A stretch of DNA of 53,861 nucleotides. It comes from a virus (Duplodnaviria > Caudoviricetes). Below are positions 18,367-28,096 of this stretch, in pieces. The notes below the pieces were generated by a model, which had not been told where the DNA came from, did no database searches, and was given only the letters and a program-made list of their open reading frames with translations. A program made the translations under genes and the position numbers. The stretch is taken from positions 1-53,861 of IMG/VR virus record IMGVR_UViG_3300008261_000101, one strand, 5' to 3'. The stretch's first letter is position 1. Every line of letters starts with the position of its first letter.

Positions 18367-19446
18367 TTAGAACGATTTAGGTGCAGCTACACTTCTAGGA
18401 CTATTACTTGCCAAAGACGGAAACACAGTGTTGTTTAATGCTTGCCCTGTTACGCCTCCTACAATAGATCCTAATTCTGATTGTATCTGTGTTGGTGTAA
18501 TTTGCGATGCATTTGTAAGCAAGTTGCTTGTTTTTACAATTGATGATAAGATATTTCCGTTTTTAAAGTCGGAAATTATATTATCTACACCAGCAAGTAT
18601 ACCTTGTCTTCCAAATAAAGTAACAGCGTTTCTGTTTGATAACGGACTAGGAATCTTGTCATAGTGTGTTTCTGCAAATCCAGTCGGTGAACTACCTGGA
18701 ACTGTGTATCCTCTTGCATATGTTACTGCTTCGTATTCGATGGTCATCGAGGTTTCGGTTAATTCGCCTGCACCTTGATCTACTCTGTCATGTTGCAATC
18801 CAGTTATGTAAGGATTTATTAAAGTAAATGCAGTGTACGACGATTTTCCGTTTTGTGGTGAAAACTGAAATATTTGTATATCTTTAAAAAAGTTTTGTTT
18901 TTTACCAAATCTGTCCAACCCAAACTTATTTGCTACAACAGTCGAGTTACCATATGCATTGTTTAATCCGCCAGGTGCTTTTGCAAACGGAGCATGAACT
19001 CCTCCCGGATTACCTGCTGCATCTTTTTCAACATAGTTCGGATCAGTAAAGTAATATCTAAAGTAAGTTTCCCAAAACAATGTTGTTAATCCGGCATTGT
19101 CATCGTGAAACGCTATGTTTATTGGCTGGTAATTTACTTTTGTTTGTACAATCTTTTTTCTGTTGTATTGATTAACTGTTTGAGTATCTATATTAAATTT
19201 TGGAAGATCTGCACTTTTTGCTAGAATGTTAATTTCTTTTTTATCTACTCCACCAAACAGTGGAGACATTAGCTGTTGTACCTCTGACTCTATATTAAAC
19301 ACAATATGGTAAAGGTGTTTGAATTTAGGTGCAAGTCGCATGTTGTTGTCAACATATAATCTTGCCGCGTGTTGGTAATCGCCTAAGTTACCCTTAGGTC
19401 CGCCAAAATTTATAAAGTTATCAAAGTATCCGTCGAATATTCCCAT
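18367..19446 (-). CDS. tail-tube-like baseplate/tube initiator protein (gp54/gp48-like)
   Basis: KSADLPKFNIDT...NQYNRK...YQPINIAFHDD and MTIEYE are tube-fold motifs. The start is reassigned to MGIFDG at 19446, just after a late promoter; the track's start lies within the terminator region. Confidence 0.65.
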   Translation of the reverse strand: MGIFDGYFDNFINFGGPKGNLGDYQHAARLYVDNNMRLAPKFKHLYHIVFNIESEVQQLMSPLFGGVDKKEINILAKSADLPKFNIDTQTVNQYNRKKIVQTKVNYQPINIAFHDDNAGLTTLFWETYFRYYFTDPNYVEKDAAGNPGGVHAPFAKAPGGLNNAYGNSTVVANKFGLDRFGKKQNFFKDIQIFQFSPQNGKSSYTAFTLINPYITGLQHDRVDQGAGELTETSMTIEYEAVTYARGYTVPGSSPTGFAETHYDKIPSPLSNRNAVTLFGRQGILAGVDNIISDFKNGNILSSIVKTSNLLTNASQITPTQIQSELGSIVGGVTGQALNNTVFPSLASNSPRSVAAPKSF

Positions 19447-19487
19447 AATAATATTTATCTTACTAATTATATACGTACATAAAGATA

Positions 19488-19507
19488 AAGGGGGCCTAAG
19501 CCCCCTT
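19488..19507 (-). terminator. terminator after the tail tube gene
   Basis: AAGGGGGC-TTAG-GCCCCCTT hairpin followed by T-rich sequence. Confidence 0.8.
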
Positions 19508-19532
19508 AATGGCAATCTAACTAGTTTTATTG

Positions 19533-20156
19533 TTAACCGGCACCGGTTACAAAGGTTCCTAGTGTTCTTCCTACTGATGTTCCTACACCTGTTCCGTTTG
19601 GTGTTTGTACAGCGTTGTCATACTGAATAGTTAATGTAACTGTAACTGGTTCATTGTTAGCGTATGCTAATGTGTTATAGTTTGCTTCGCTAACGTAGCA
19701 ACCGTATATTTCCCATGTATCAAGTACATTTGGAGTTAAAGCACCGTTGCCGCCATCTAGAATTTCAATTCTTGTTAAGAACTTGTAATCTTGACCGCTT
19801 GCAGCCGCAGCTTGTTCCATAAAGTCAAATTGCTTTTGTAGTTGTTCGCCTACTAGTTTTTGTACGTTGTTGTTTACATCTTCGCGTAGGTTTAGTGTAA
19901 TTGGGTTCCATGTGTGCTTGCCAGCTAGATTAACTTTTGAATTGTACACTGGTATTTCCATGTTTTCAAAAGTTATCTGAGGTCTAGTAACATCCACAAC
20001 CTGTTTTGTAAGTTCAGTAGTTGGAGTTGATACACCAAAATTCTCTAATGATACTCTAAAACGATATTGTAGTTTAGGCATTAAAAGGCCTTGAGAACTA
20101 GCACTATCGTTGGTTGCTAATGGAACCGAAATTTTGCTTAATGATGAGATTGCCAT
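19533..20156 (-). CDS. gp19: tail tube protein
   Basis: PKLQYRFRV, VTRP, LAGKHTWNPITL, WEIYGC and LTIQYDNA; follows the sheath gene; AGGAG SD and its own late promoter. Confidence 0.85.
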   Translation of the reverse strand: MAISSLSKISVPLATNDSASSQGLLMPKLQYRFRVSLENFGVSTPTTELTKQVVDVTRPQITFENMEIPVYNSKVNLAGKHTWNPITLNLREDVNNNVQKLVGEQLQKQFDFMEQAAAASGQDYKFLTRIEILDGGNGALTPNVLDTWEIYGCYVSEANYNTLAYANNEPVTVTLTIQYDNAVQTPNGTGVGTSVGRTLGTFVTGAG

Positions 20157-20187
20157 ATAATAAACTCCTTATCACAAGTATTTATCA

Positions 20188-20219
20188 TTTATAGGGGGAG
20201 TTTAGTCTCCCCCTATAAA
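20188..20219 (-). terminator. terminator after the tail sheath gene
   Basis: TTTATAGGGGGAG-N6-CTCCCCCTATAAA, a 13-bp stem. Confidence 0.8.
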
Positions 20220-20224
20220 ACGAC

Positions 20225-23200
20225 TTATAATCCTGCGATTTCTCCTGTGTTCTTCAAGCGTAGCGGAATGTAAATAAATTCAATTGCCTTTACTGGCTCG
20301 ATTGCAATATCTACGTACAACTCGTTTCTATCTATTCTGTTTGGTGTGTTGTTTGATTCGTCACACACTACTAGATAGTCATAAATTGCTCTTAGTCCGA
20401 TTAGCTCGACTAGTAAACTTTCAACTTGCTGTTTGATTTCGTCACGTGTGATTTTATCATTTGGTTCGAAAATGTATGGTTTCGCAAGTGTTTTAAGTTG
20501 ACTGCGTAAGTAAATTACTAGTCTTGCAACGTTAATTCTGTCAAGCGCACTTGCATTTCTTGCACGAGTCTTTTGACCAAATACTACTAGTCCTGCACCA
20601 TTTAAGAATGTAATTGGGTTTACATTGTTTTGGTATAGTGTATCTCTTTGACCTTCGTTTAGTGCAATACTTACAAATTCACCTTCAGCACTAATATAAC
20701 CTGTTGCAGATGCGTTGGTTACTCCGCCACGTCTTGTACCAGCTGGTGCAAACCATGGATAAGCAACTTGGTCGTTAAGTGCTATAGTGCGTAGTACCAT
20801 GTGCGATGCCGGAACAACAATGTTATTTCCTGCATTGTCCGATGTAAATCCGCTTGGGTAGTATACACCTAGGTATTCGTCGCGACTTACAAGACCGATG
20901 TCATTGTCTTCGACTGCTAAGTTAACGTTAGACGCCCAGTTACTAATTGCAGTTGTTGATGGTTGTAGTCTCATTGGACTATCGCCAACTACGAATGCTG
21001 TTAATCCACGATCGTAATTTAGACTAATCATTTCACCAATTAATTCTGGATATCCAGGAGTTGCAATTAAGTTAAACAGTCTTGTTTCGTCATCACGAGC
21101 TTCGTCGTTGTTGTTAACCGCTGCTTGTAGTTTTTGTACAACTACTTTACGTTGCGCTACACGACCGAACGCACCTGATCCGTCTTCGTTGTTAGCAGAT
21201 TCAGTTACCCAGCGATTCGGATAGTAACTAGCCATTGACTGATCACTAAATCTGATATTTTCAGCGTTGACGTCGATATAATCACGCTCAAAGCGTTTTA
21301 CGTTGAAACCACTTCTGCGTAGATTCCACAGTAGCATACCTTTTGGATACAGTGCAGGATCTGGTGCATCTGGGTCTAAGTAGTTGCTTGTTAGAAGATC
21401 AGCAATATCGCCTGCTTCGTCGCTGTTGGCACCTGCTGTATTATAACGAGCATCAGCAAATAGCACACCGGATTCAGTAGTTTGATCTGACTTGTCTAGT
21501 TGTACCCACTTGCTTGTTAATCCGTTATAGCGATAGATTCCAGGATAGTTTTCAGTGTCAGCAGTGGATATCCACAAATCGCCGTCAACTAAACTACTAC
21601 CATCTGACTGCTCAGTCGGCTGAGTTGCAGCAACGATTGGTCCTAGCGGATCGCAGTCTGCGTAAGATGCGTTGAAGTTTTGATAACCGACCCATGTAGT
21701 ACCGTTGTGAATCATTATATCCACTTCATCAACTACACTGCTATACCACAGTGCGCCATCTGCTGGTGTAGTAGTTGGTTCTGTTTCGCTTGCAGTATAT
21801 GTTAGTGTTTTCCAAAGAGTAGCAACGTAACTTCCTGCTGTACCATCCGGAGCATCATAGAAGTTTGTTGTTGATGATGGATCAGTTGCATCATAAACTG
21901 CAAACATGTTTCCTAGTGGATCGCTTGTTCCGTCTACAAGTCTCATTTCACCGCCGGTTGCATGGCTTATAGTAATTCTGTTTTGTGAATCTACACTTGC
22001 AGTTACGTTAGTTAGTGCGGCTGCATTAATTGCGTTTGCAATAAGGTCTGCATCAGATACTGCGCCAGTTGACGTGAACGAAATAGTCGATGCGCTTGAC
22101 ATAGTTGCCGAATTCACTGTGCTTTCGCTTATTGTGAATGTCCACGAACCTGCAGGGAATGTGCTTGCAGTTACTCTAGAACTTCTAATGCTTGTAGCAC
22201 CAGATGCGTTTCTTCTGAACAACTTAAATGTTGCTAGTTTAGCACTAGCACTATCTTCTGCTATGTTGCTTTGAATGTAGATGTCGCCTTCGACTAGATT
22301 TGCGCCGCCGCCTGCGTTATCTAAACTATAGATAGCAGCATGGTTTGTGTCATAAATCGGTGCAGGTATAGTGCTCCAAACTTCAGTGTCGGAACTGTAA
22401 CGCTTTACACTCCACTTAGCACCAAGGTTTGGACTTGTGGTCTTAACCCATACTGATCCAGATGGACGTGGTTGTACATCGTTTGTTTTAAATTCTGGAA
22501 CAGAAGTATGCGGAGCAATATTTAAACGTGGCGAATAATAATCGCTTTGTGCAATTCCTAGTAGTGTAAAGGTTGCGTCATCGCCGTAAATAGATAACAG
22601 ATCGCTAGTTGATCCGTTATTATAAATTACTAGTCTGCTGTTTACAACGGCTGCACTTACACCAGTACCGGTCATTGCTGAGTTAATACTAGTTACCAAT
22701 GACGACAATGTTGTTCCTGCTAATGTTACTGGTACTACACCCGAGCTGTCACTTGCTAAGTCAAAGTTTATAGTTCTACCAGTAACCAGTGTTGGGTTAC
22801 TGTTTGTACCAGTAACAACTGGCCAGCTTGCTTTCCATGCAGCAGACCCTACTTCGACCCATACACCGCCCGAGTTTTTAAACCACATACGGTTTACATT
22901 TGTAACAGCAACAACAGCGTAATCGCCAACTGCACCTACGCTACCTTTTGGTGTGTAGTCTTCACCGTCAAAGTCAACAACCTTTGTTGTATCGGTGATT
23001 ACAGTTGGAACTTTATTTGAAAAACTTTGTCCGCCTGTGGTTGTTCCTGCGGCACCGTTCCATTCAAAAATACCGTAGAACGAATTGTCAATATCGAACC
23101 AGTACGATCCGTTGGTTGGATCACCTGCTGTAGCAGTTGCACTTGCAGTAATAGCAGCTAAGTCAACGTCGGCTCTTACAATGTATGCTCTGTTTGATAC

Positions 23201-23506
23201 ACCTAAATATGAATAGGCAGCCTGCAAACCGTATTCGTTTTGCTCGCCGCCATGAATTGGATTGTTGTTTGCATCGGTATAAAATAACGGATCGCCAAAT
23301 GTTTCAGATAATTCTCTTTGTGACGAAACCAAGTATACTTTATTTGCATTTGCTGCTAATGTACCGGGTGCTATGCCTGTATTACCCGGATTAGCTTTAT
23401 TTTCTTTTGTAGCTACAAAAATTAAAGGTGTAGTACCTGGTTCAGCAGGAGTATAGAAACTCTCATCAATTACTGATACCTGTACACCCGGTGATACTAA
23501 TGCCAT
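20225..23506 (-). CDS. gp18: tail sheath protein (1093 aa, with large insertions)
   Basis: N-terminal MALVSPGV; C-terminal PWFAPAGTRRG, RDTLYQNNVNPI, GQKT, ALDRINVARL and CDESNNTP...IEFI. Confidence 0.95.
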   Translation of the reverse strand: MALVSPGVQVSVIDESFYTPAEPGTTPLIFVATKENKANPGNTGIAPGTLAANANKVYLVSSQRELSETFGDPLFYTDANNNPIHGGEQNEYGLQAAYSYLGVSNRAYIVRADVDLAAITASATATAGDPTNGSYWFDIDNSFYGIFEWNGAAGTTTGGQSFSNKVPTVITDTTKVVDFDGEDYTPKGSVGAVGDYAVVAVTNVNRMWFKNSGGVWVEVGSAAWKASWPVVTGTNSNPTLVTGRTINFDLASDSSGVVPVTLAGTTLSSLVTSINSAMTGTGVSAAVVNSRLVIYNNGSTSDLLSIYGDDATFTLLGIAQSDYYSPRLNIAPHTSVPEFKTNDVQPRPSGSVWVKTTSPNLGAKWSVKRYSSDTEVWSTIPAPIYDTNHAAIYSLDNAGGGANLVEGDIYIQSNIAEDSASAKLATFKLFRRNASGATSIRSSRVTASTFPAGSWTFTISESTVNSATMSSASTISFTSTGAVSDADLIANAINAAALTNVTASVDSQNRITISHATGGEMRLVDGTSDPLGNMFAVYDATDPSSTTNFYDAPDGTAGSYVATLWKTLTYTASETEPTTTPADGALWYSSVVDEVDIMIHNGTTWVGYQNFNASYADCDPLGPIVAATQPTEQSDGSSLVDGDLWISTADTENYPGIYRYNGLTSKWVQLDKSDQTTESGVLFADARYNTAGANSDEAGDIADLLTSNYLDPDAPDPALYPKGMLLWNLRRSGFNVKRFERDYIDVNAENIRFSDQSMASYYPNRWVTESANNEDGSGAFGRVAQRKVVVQKLQAAVNNNDEARDDETRLFNLIATPGYPELIGEMISLNYDRGLTAFVVGDSPMRLQPSTTAISNWASNVNLAVEDNDIGLVSRDEYLGVYYPSGFTSDNAGNNIVVPASHMVLRTIALNDQVAYPWFAPAGTRRGGVTNASATGYISAEGEFVSIALNEGQRDTLYQNNVNPITFLNGAGLVVFGQKTRARNASALDRINVARLVIYLRSQLKTLAKPYIFEPNDKITRDEIKQQVESLLVELIGLRAIYDYLVVCDESNNTPNRIDRNELYVDIAIEPVKAIEFIYIPLRLKNTGEIAGL

Positions 23507-23595
23507 TGTTTATTTCTCCTTGTGGATAGTTGTTGCTATTATTATTTAGCTTATATCCGGAGAATTTTGTGGTTTACAGGTAGAAAAATGCGTAG

Positions 23596-24096
23596 TTAAA
23601 GAATAAAAGACAACAGTTGTGTTGTATTAAATTCTAGATCTTGTAAACTACCATTGTTGTCTATTGTATAATCTGCCATCCATTGTTCCAAACTCATGCT
23701 GTCAGTTGATTCCAAAGGAAGGTGCATACTTCTGTCAACCCAAATTGCATAGTCAAATACTCCTGTATTTTTCATAGCAAAGAATTCACGTTTATTACGT
23801 AAACCGCAATAAATGTCGTGAGCTTTAAAAATTTCTTGACCTAACTTAGCTGCATCAGGAACATTATAATTGCAGATAGCATCATACCATTCTGCTCTGT
23901 GACTATGTCTGTCAGCATAACACTCTTCTTCATTATAATATCCATATTTGTCCTTTAACATGTCAAAGATAAAAAGTTTACTGCAAAACTGACTACTGCT
24001 TTCAAAGCTAAACCCGTATTTGTCTCGAAGTATTTCGCAGACTGTGTCTTTGCCATGTCGACCATGCCCAATTACAAGTAACTTTGGTAAACTCAT
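23596..24096 (-). CDS. deoxynucleoside monophosphate kinase-like P-loop protein
   Basis: GHGRHGKDT P-loop and C-terminal ADYTIDNNGSLQDL. Confidence 0.7.
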   Translation of the reverse strand: MSLPKLLVIGHGRHGKDTVCEILRDKYGFSFESSSQFCSKLFIFDMLKDKYGYYNEEECYADRHSHRAEWYDAICNYNVPDAAKLGQEIFKAHDIYCGLRNKREFFAMKNTGVFDYAIWVDRSMHLPLESTDSMSLEQWMADYTIDNNGSLQDLEFNTTQLLSFIL

Positions 24097-24124
24097 TTAT
24101 TCCTCGTGTTTTATCAATTTTCTT

Positions 24125-24153
24125 ATAGTAACAAAATATAAGACTTTTGTCAA
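24125..24153 (-). promoter_or_regulatory. sigma70-like promoter for the kinase gene
   Basis: TTGACA-17 nt-TACTAT with extended TG. Confidence 0.75.
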
Positions 24154-24156
24154 GAG

Positions 24157-24561
24157 TTATACACCGTACTTATTTGGTTTCTTTTTTGCCACAGGGCTTA
24201 CTGTATTTGTACTAGCTGTTTCTAAACTTTTTGAGGCAGCAATCCTCTTTGGTGTAACTCCCATTAACTTACTTGCTAATGCAACAGTTTCGTCATCTTC
24301 AGGAACAAAGCTAACTTGTGTTAAATTTTCAGCCCACTCAGATTCTTGTTCAAAATCGGTTCCTTGTATGTCACCGTTTTGTAAAGCCCTTGCCGAAGCA
24401 ACTGCAAGTCCGTATCTGTATTGCATATAAGGATCTGTGTTACGCAATTGTTTTTGTATAAACACACTTGGCAACGGATTAGTAACTCTTGCTGGCAGAT
24501 TTTTTGTAGATCCGGTTAGCTTAGGTTCTTTTTGTTCCTGTATGATATCTCTTATTTTCAT
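24157..24561 (-). CDS. hypothetical protein, possibly an internal head protein
   Basis: N-terminus MKIRDIIQE; C-terminus KKKPNKYGV. Confidence 0.65.
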   Translation of the reverse strand: MKIRDIIQEQKEPKLTGSTKNLPARVTNPLPSVFIQKQLRNTDPYMQYRYGLAVASARALQNGDIQGTDFEQESEWAENLTQVSFVPEDDETVALASKLMGVTPKRIAASKSLETASTNTVSPVAKKKPNKYGV

Positions 24562-24564
24562 CTG

Positions 24565-25329
24565 TTATCCTATTAAGAAAGTATATCCAGTACCACCGGG
24601 TACTGCTGTAAATACTTCATTCTCTAATTTTTCTAACTCAGCTTGTGCTTCGGCTTTTAGCGATGTTCCATTAAGACTAGTTCCGCCTTGTGGACCTGCA
24701 ATAGTGGCAAACTTTTCTCTTGCTTCTCCTAACATGTATTTGCAGGCAGCAAGAGTATAATCTTTAATCCATTGTTTAGCTAGATAGTCCTGTAGAAGTT
24801 GGCCGTCGGGTCTATAATTATATGAATATATCAACACTTCTTCGCCTGCTCTAGGGCGCTGTAACAGTGTTAGTCTTTTAGTAACAGAATTCCACGTAAA
24901 TTCTATAAAACTACCAAACATGCGACCTACTAACTCTTGTTGTCCTGCAAATAGCTCGTATGTTGCAAGTCCGCCCATTCCACTACCTGCTAACAAATAT
25001 GTGTTTGTATATGCTAGATTAAATGGTTCAAACAAACTGCTACCGTCACCTGAACCACTGCGTGATCCTACACTGCGTCTAAATATCTGTCTAACTTCGA
25101 TAACTTCCGGAGGTAAAATATAAGCATTTTGGTCCTCAACGAGTTTTAATGATATGTAACTTTCTTCAACAGCGTGTTCACTGCGCTGGCGAAACCTGCT
25201 CAAGGCTTTGGTTAGAGCTGCTTCGTAGTGTACTGGATCTAGTTCCACATCAATCATGCCGCCGCCTAACATAGTGTGTACATAATCAAACACTTCTTGT
25301 TTTTGTGTGACTAAATTATTATCTACCAT
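24565..25329 (-). CDS. gp13: neck protein gp13-like
   Basis: LGGGMIDVELD, WIKDYTLA.CK..LGEAREKF, GPQGGTSLNG and a C-terminal FLIG. Confidence 0.85.
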   Translation of the reverse strand: MVDNNLVTQKQEVFDYVHTMLGGGMIDVELDPVHYEAALTKALSRFRQRSEHAVEESYISLKLVEDQNAYILPPEVIEVRQIFRRSVGSRSGSGDGSSLFEPFNLAYTNTYLLAGSGMGGLATYELFAGQQELVGRMFGSFIEFTWNSVTKRLTLLQRPRAGEEVLIYSYNYRPDGQLLQDYLAKQWIKDYTLAACKYMLGEAREKFATIAGPQGGTSLNGTSLKAEAQAELEKLENEVFTAVPGGTGYTFLIG

Positions 25330-25348
25330 TTTGTGTTGTCTCCAATAG

Positions 25349-25369
25349 TATTTATCGTAACGATAAATA
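25349..25369. promoter_or_regulatory. back-to-back divergent late promoters forming a perfect palindrome
   Basis: TATTTATCG-TAA-CGATAAATA. Confidence 0.8.
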
Positions 25370-25374
25370 TGTAT

Positions 25375-26532
25375 ATGCCTAGATTAAGTCTTTACCGCCC
25401 GAACAAAACAGCCGATTACGAATTCCTTGATAGAATTATCAACGAACAATTCAGCATCGGCGGAACCGACTTGTTTATACACAAGTATCTTGGAACCAAA
25501 AATCCATCCAATGAAAATGCAACCGCAGATCAACCTCAGTACGCTACAATAAAAGAAACTAACATTCAAGATATGTTATTTTTAGAAAATAGAGACAGAA
25601 AATACGATGCTGACATATATCGGATCCGCGGGGTATACAATGTTCAGGATAACGATTTTAATTTAAGTCAGTTTGGATTATTTTTAAGTAATGACACACT
25701 GTTTTTAACAGTGCATATAAACAGCAGTGTTAAGACATTAGGTAGAAAAGTCATGCCAGGTGATGTAATTGAGCTACCACATTTAGTCGACGAGTATGCG
25801 CTTAACGATTATTCAGTTGCGTTAAAACGTTTTTATGTAGTAGAAGATGTAAACAGAGCATCCGAGGGATTTAGCCAAACATGGTATCCGCATTTATACA
25901 GATTAAAATTAAAACAAATAATTGATAGTCAAGAGTATAAAGATATACTCGATTTACCTGCAGGAGATGAAGCAGGAAATACATTAAGAGATGTACTTAG
26001 TACGTTTGAAATTGATATGCAAATCAACAACGCAGTTATTGCACAAGCAGAAGCAGATGCAGCAAGTAGTGGATATGATACTAGTCATTTTTATACATTA
26101 CAAGTTGATGAACGAGGTCATACGGAATTAATAACAACAGATTTAACTACGCTAGATGCATCGACACAAAATGAGTTAGCAGATAGAGTAAATCAGACAC
26201 CCGAACGTAGTGGGTATTCGGGATATCTACTTGGCGACGGTTTAGCACCAAACGGTGAAGCATTTGGTAGCGGTATTACGTTTCCGTTAAATTCAACAAA
26301 AGGCGATTATTTTTTAAGATTAGATTTTATGCCAAATAGATTATTTAGATTTGACGGAACTCGCTGGGTTAAAATGGAAGACAACGTAAGAACAACACTA
26401 AGTAATACAACAACTAGAAACACACAAAAAGGTACGTTTATTAATAATATTAACACAACTACTGTGTGTGATGATACAGTCGATGAAAGACAGAGTTTGT
26501 CAAAGGCTCTTAGACCAAAGGCAGATAATTAA
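25375..26532 (+). CDS. gp14: neck/head-closure protein gp14-like
   Basis: Start reassigned to MPRLSLYRP at 25375. LSQFGLFL, PGDVIELPHL and FYVVEDV match a gp14-like pattern; position between gp13 and gp15. Confidence 0.6.
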   Translation: MPRLSLYRPNKTADYEFLDRIINEQFSIGGTDLFIHKYLGTKNPSNENATADQPQYATIKETNIQDMLFLENRDRKYDADIYRIRGVYNVQDNDFNLSQFGLFLSNDTLFLTVHINSSVKTLGRKVMPGDVIELPHLVDEYALNDYSVALKRFYVVEDVNRASEGFSQTWYPHLYRLKLKQIIDSQEYKDILDLPAGDEAGNTLRDVLSTFEIDMQINNAVIAQAEADAASSGYDTSHFYTLQVDERGHTELITTDLTTLDASTQNELADRVNQTPERSGYSGYLLGDGLAPNGEAFGSGITFPLNSTKGDYFLRLDFMPNRLFRFDGTRWVKMEDNVRTTLSNTTTRNTQKGTFINNINTTTVCDDTVDERQSLSKALRPKADN

Positions 26533-26564
26533 TGTGTAAAAAGAGCTTGGATGGATAAAAAATA

Positions 26565-28082
26565 ATGAGTTTGCATTTTTATGACGGACAAATAAGAAGA
26601 TATTTAACTCAAATTATTAGAATGATGAGTAACTTTTCGTACAAAGATGGAGACGGTGACTTGAGACAAGTTCCGGTAACATACGGCGACCTGACTAGAC
26701 AAGTTGCTAGTATTATGAGAGATAATTCTGAAAACAAAATACCCAGTGCTCCTCGCATGGCAGTTTACGTTACTGGTTTAGAAATGGACAGAAGTAGAAC
26801 CAGTGATTCGTCATATGTTAGTAAAGTTCACATTAGAGAACGTGCATATGACACTAGCGGAAACGAGTACTTAAATACCCAAGGCAAAAATTACACAGTT
26901 GAACGTTTAATGCCTACTCCTTACAATTTAGCAGTAAGTGTTGATATATGGACAACTAATACAGATCAGAAACTACAAATACTAGAACAAATATTAATGT
27001 TGTTTAATCCTAGTTTAGAAATACAAACAACAGATAACTTTGTTGACTGGACTAGTTTAAGCGTAATAAATTTAGAAAGTATTACATTTAGCAGCAGAAG
27101 TATTCCTGTAGGTGTTGACTCAGAGATAGACATAGCTACATTAGGATTTAGTACTCCTATCTTTATATCACCACCAGCAAAAGTAAAACGTCTAGGAGTT
27201 ATTACAAGTATTATTACAAGTATATTCAACGAAGCAACTGGATCTATTGACTTAGGAATAAGTTCAGGTCAAGGTATACTTGAAAACAATAACTGGACTA
27301 TTCGTGAAGAAAGAACAACTGTCGGTGCAGACGGAACAGTTGAAACAACAGTCGATAAGGGAGAGTTTCCAAATACCGGAACAGGAGAAATGGACTTTAA
27401 CGTTAAACGAACATTTGTTCCTGCTGCATTAGGAAGTGCAAATGGTAGTATTGGTATACTAGGATTAGGACTTTATATCAAGGGCGGAAAAGCATACGTT
27501 ATTGACAAGGGCGAAGTCGGTACTGTAAATTGGAATGGAATATTTGAACAAGTACCGGGATGTTATACTGCCGGTGTAAGTCAGATACGAATTTCAAACG
27601 GTGATGGTACATATATTATTGGCTACATAACTGTTAATCCATTAGATCCAACAGAGTTAATTGTCGATTGGGACGAAGATACATTTCCTGCAAATACTGT
27701 GTTGACTAGTAGTGCAAGAAATCCTAATAGTTATACTAGCATGGATTACATTATTGATCCTCTACGTTGGAACCCAACTACTAGATTGGTTGTAGGGTTA
27801 CGTTTACTAATATTAAGCAAAGTGGGCAACGACAACAACGACGACGGAGCAGACGGATGGAAGAGTACAAACAGTCCGTTTGGCGAGTTAGTGGCGGGCG
27901 AGAATGATATAATTGAGTGGGATGGCGATCAGTGGAATGTTATTTTTGATGCAAGTGAAAATGCAAATCCTATTTTTATAACTAATCTAGCAACAGGAAG
28001 TCAGTATAAATGGACTGGCGAATATTGGACTAAAAGTTTCGAAGGCGAATATTCACAAGGATCTTGGGCGCTGTTTCCATAA
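26565..28082 (+). CDS. gp15: tail sheath stabilizer/terminator gp15-like, with a C-terminal extension
   Basis: HFYDGQIRRY, VPVTYG, PRMAV, PTPYNL and QILEQILMLFNPSL. Confidence 0.85.
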   Translation: MSLHFYDGQIRRYLTQIIRMMSNFSYKDGDGDLRQVPVTYGDLTRQVASIMRDNSENKIPSAPRMAVYVTGLEMDRSRTSDSSYVSKVHIRERAYDTSGNEYLNTQGKNYTVERLMPTPYNLAVSVDIWTTNTDQKLQILEQILMLFNPSLEIQTTDNFVDWTSLSVINLESITFSSRSIPVGVDSEIDIATLGFSTPIFISPPAKVKRLGVITSIITSIFNEATGSIDLGISSGQGILENNNWTIREERTTVGADGTVETTVDKGEFPNTGTGEMDFNVKRTFVPAALGSANGSIGILGLGLYIKGGKAYVIDKGEVGTVNWNGIFEQVPGCYTAGVSQIRISNGDGTYIIGYITVNPLDPTELIVDWDEDTFPANTVLTSSARNPNSYTSMDYIIDPLRWNPTTRLVVGLRLLILSKVGNDNNDDGADGWKSTNSPFGELVAGENDIIEWDGDQWNVIFDASENANPIFITNLATGSQYKWTGEYWTKSFEGEYSQGSWALFP

Positions 28083-28096
28083 CGCTAATTATTAGT

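Noticed and set aside
19447-19515. N-terminal extensions given by the ORF track (also 3077, 8080, 9993, 25333, 28064)
   Set aside because: They run through terminators, promoters or neighbouring genes; the downstream starts fit the SD or late-promoter positions better.
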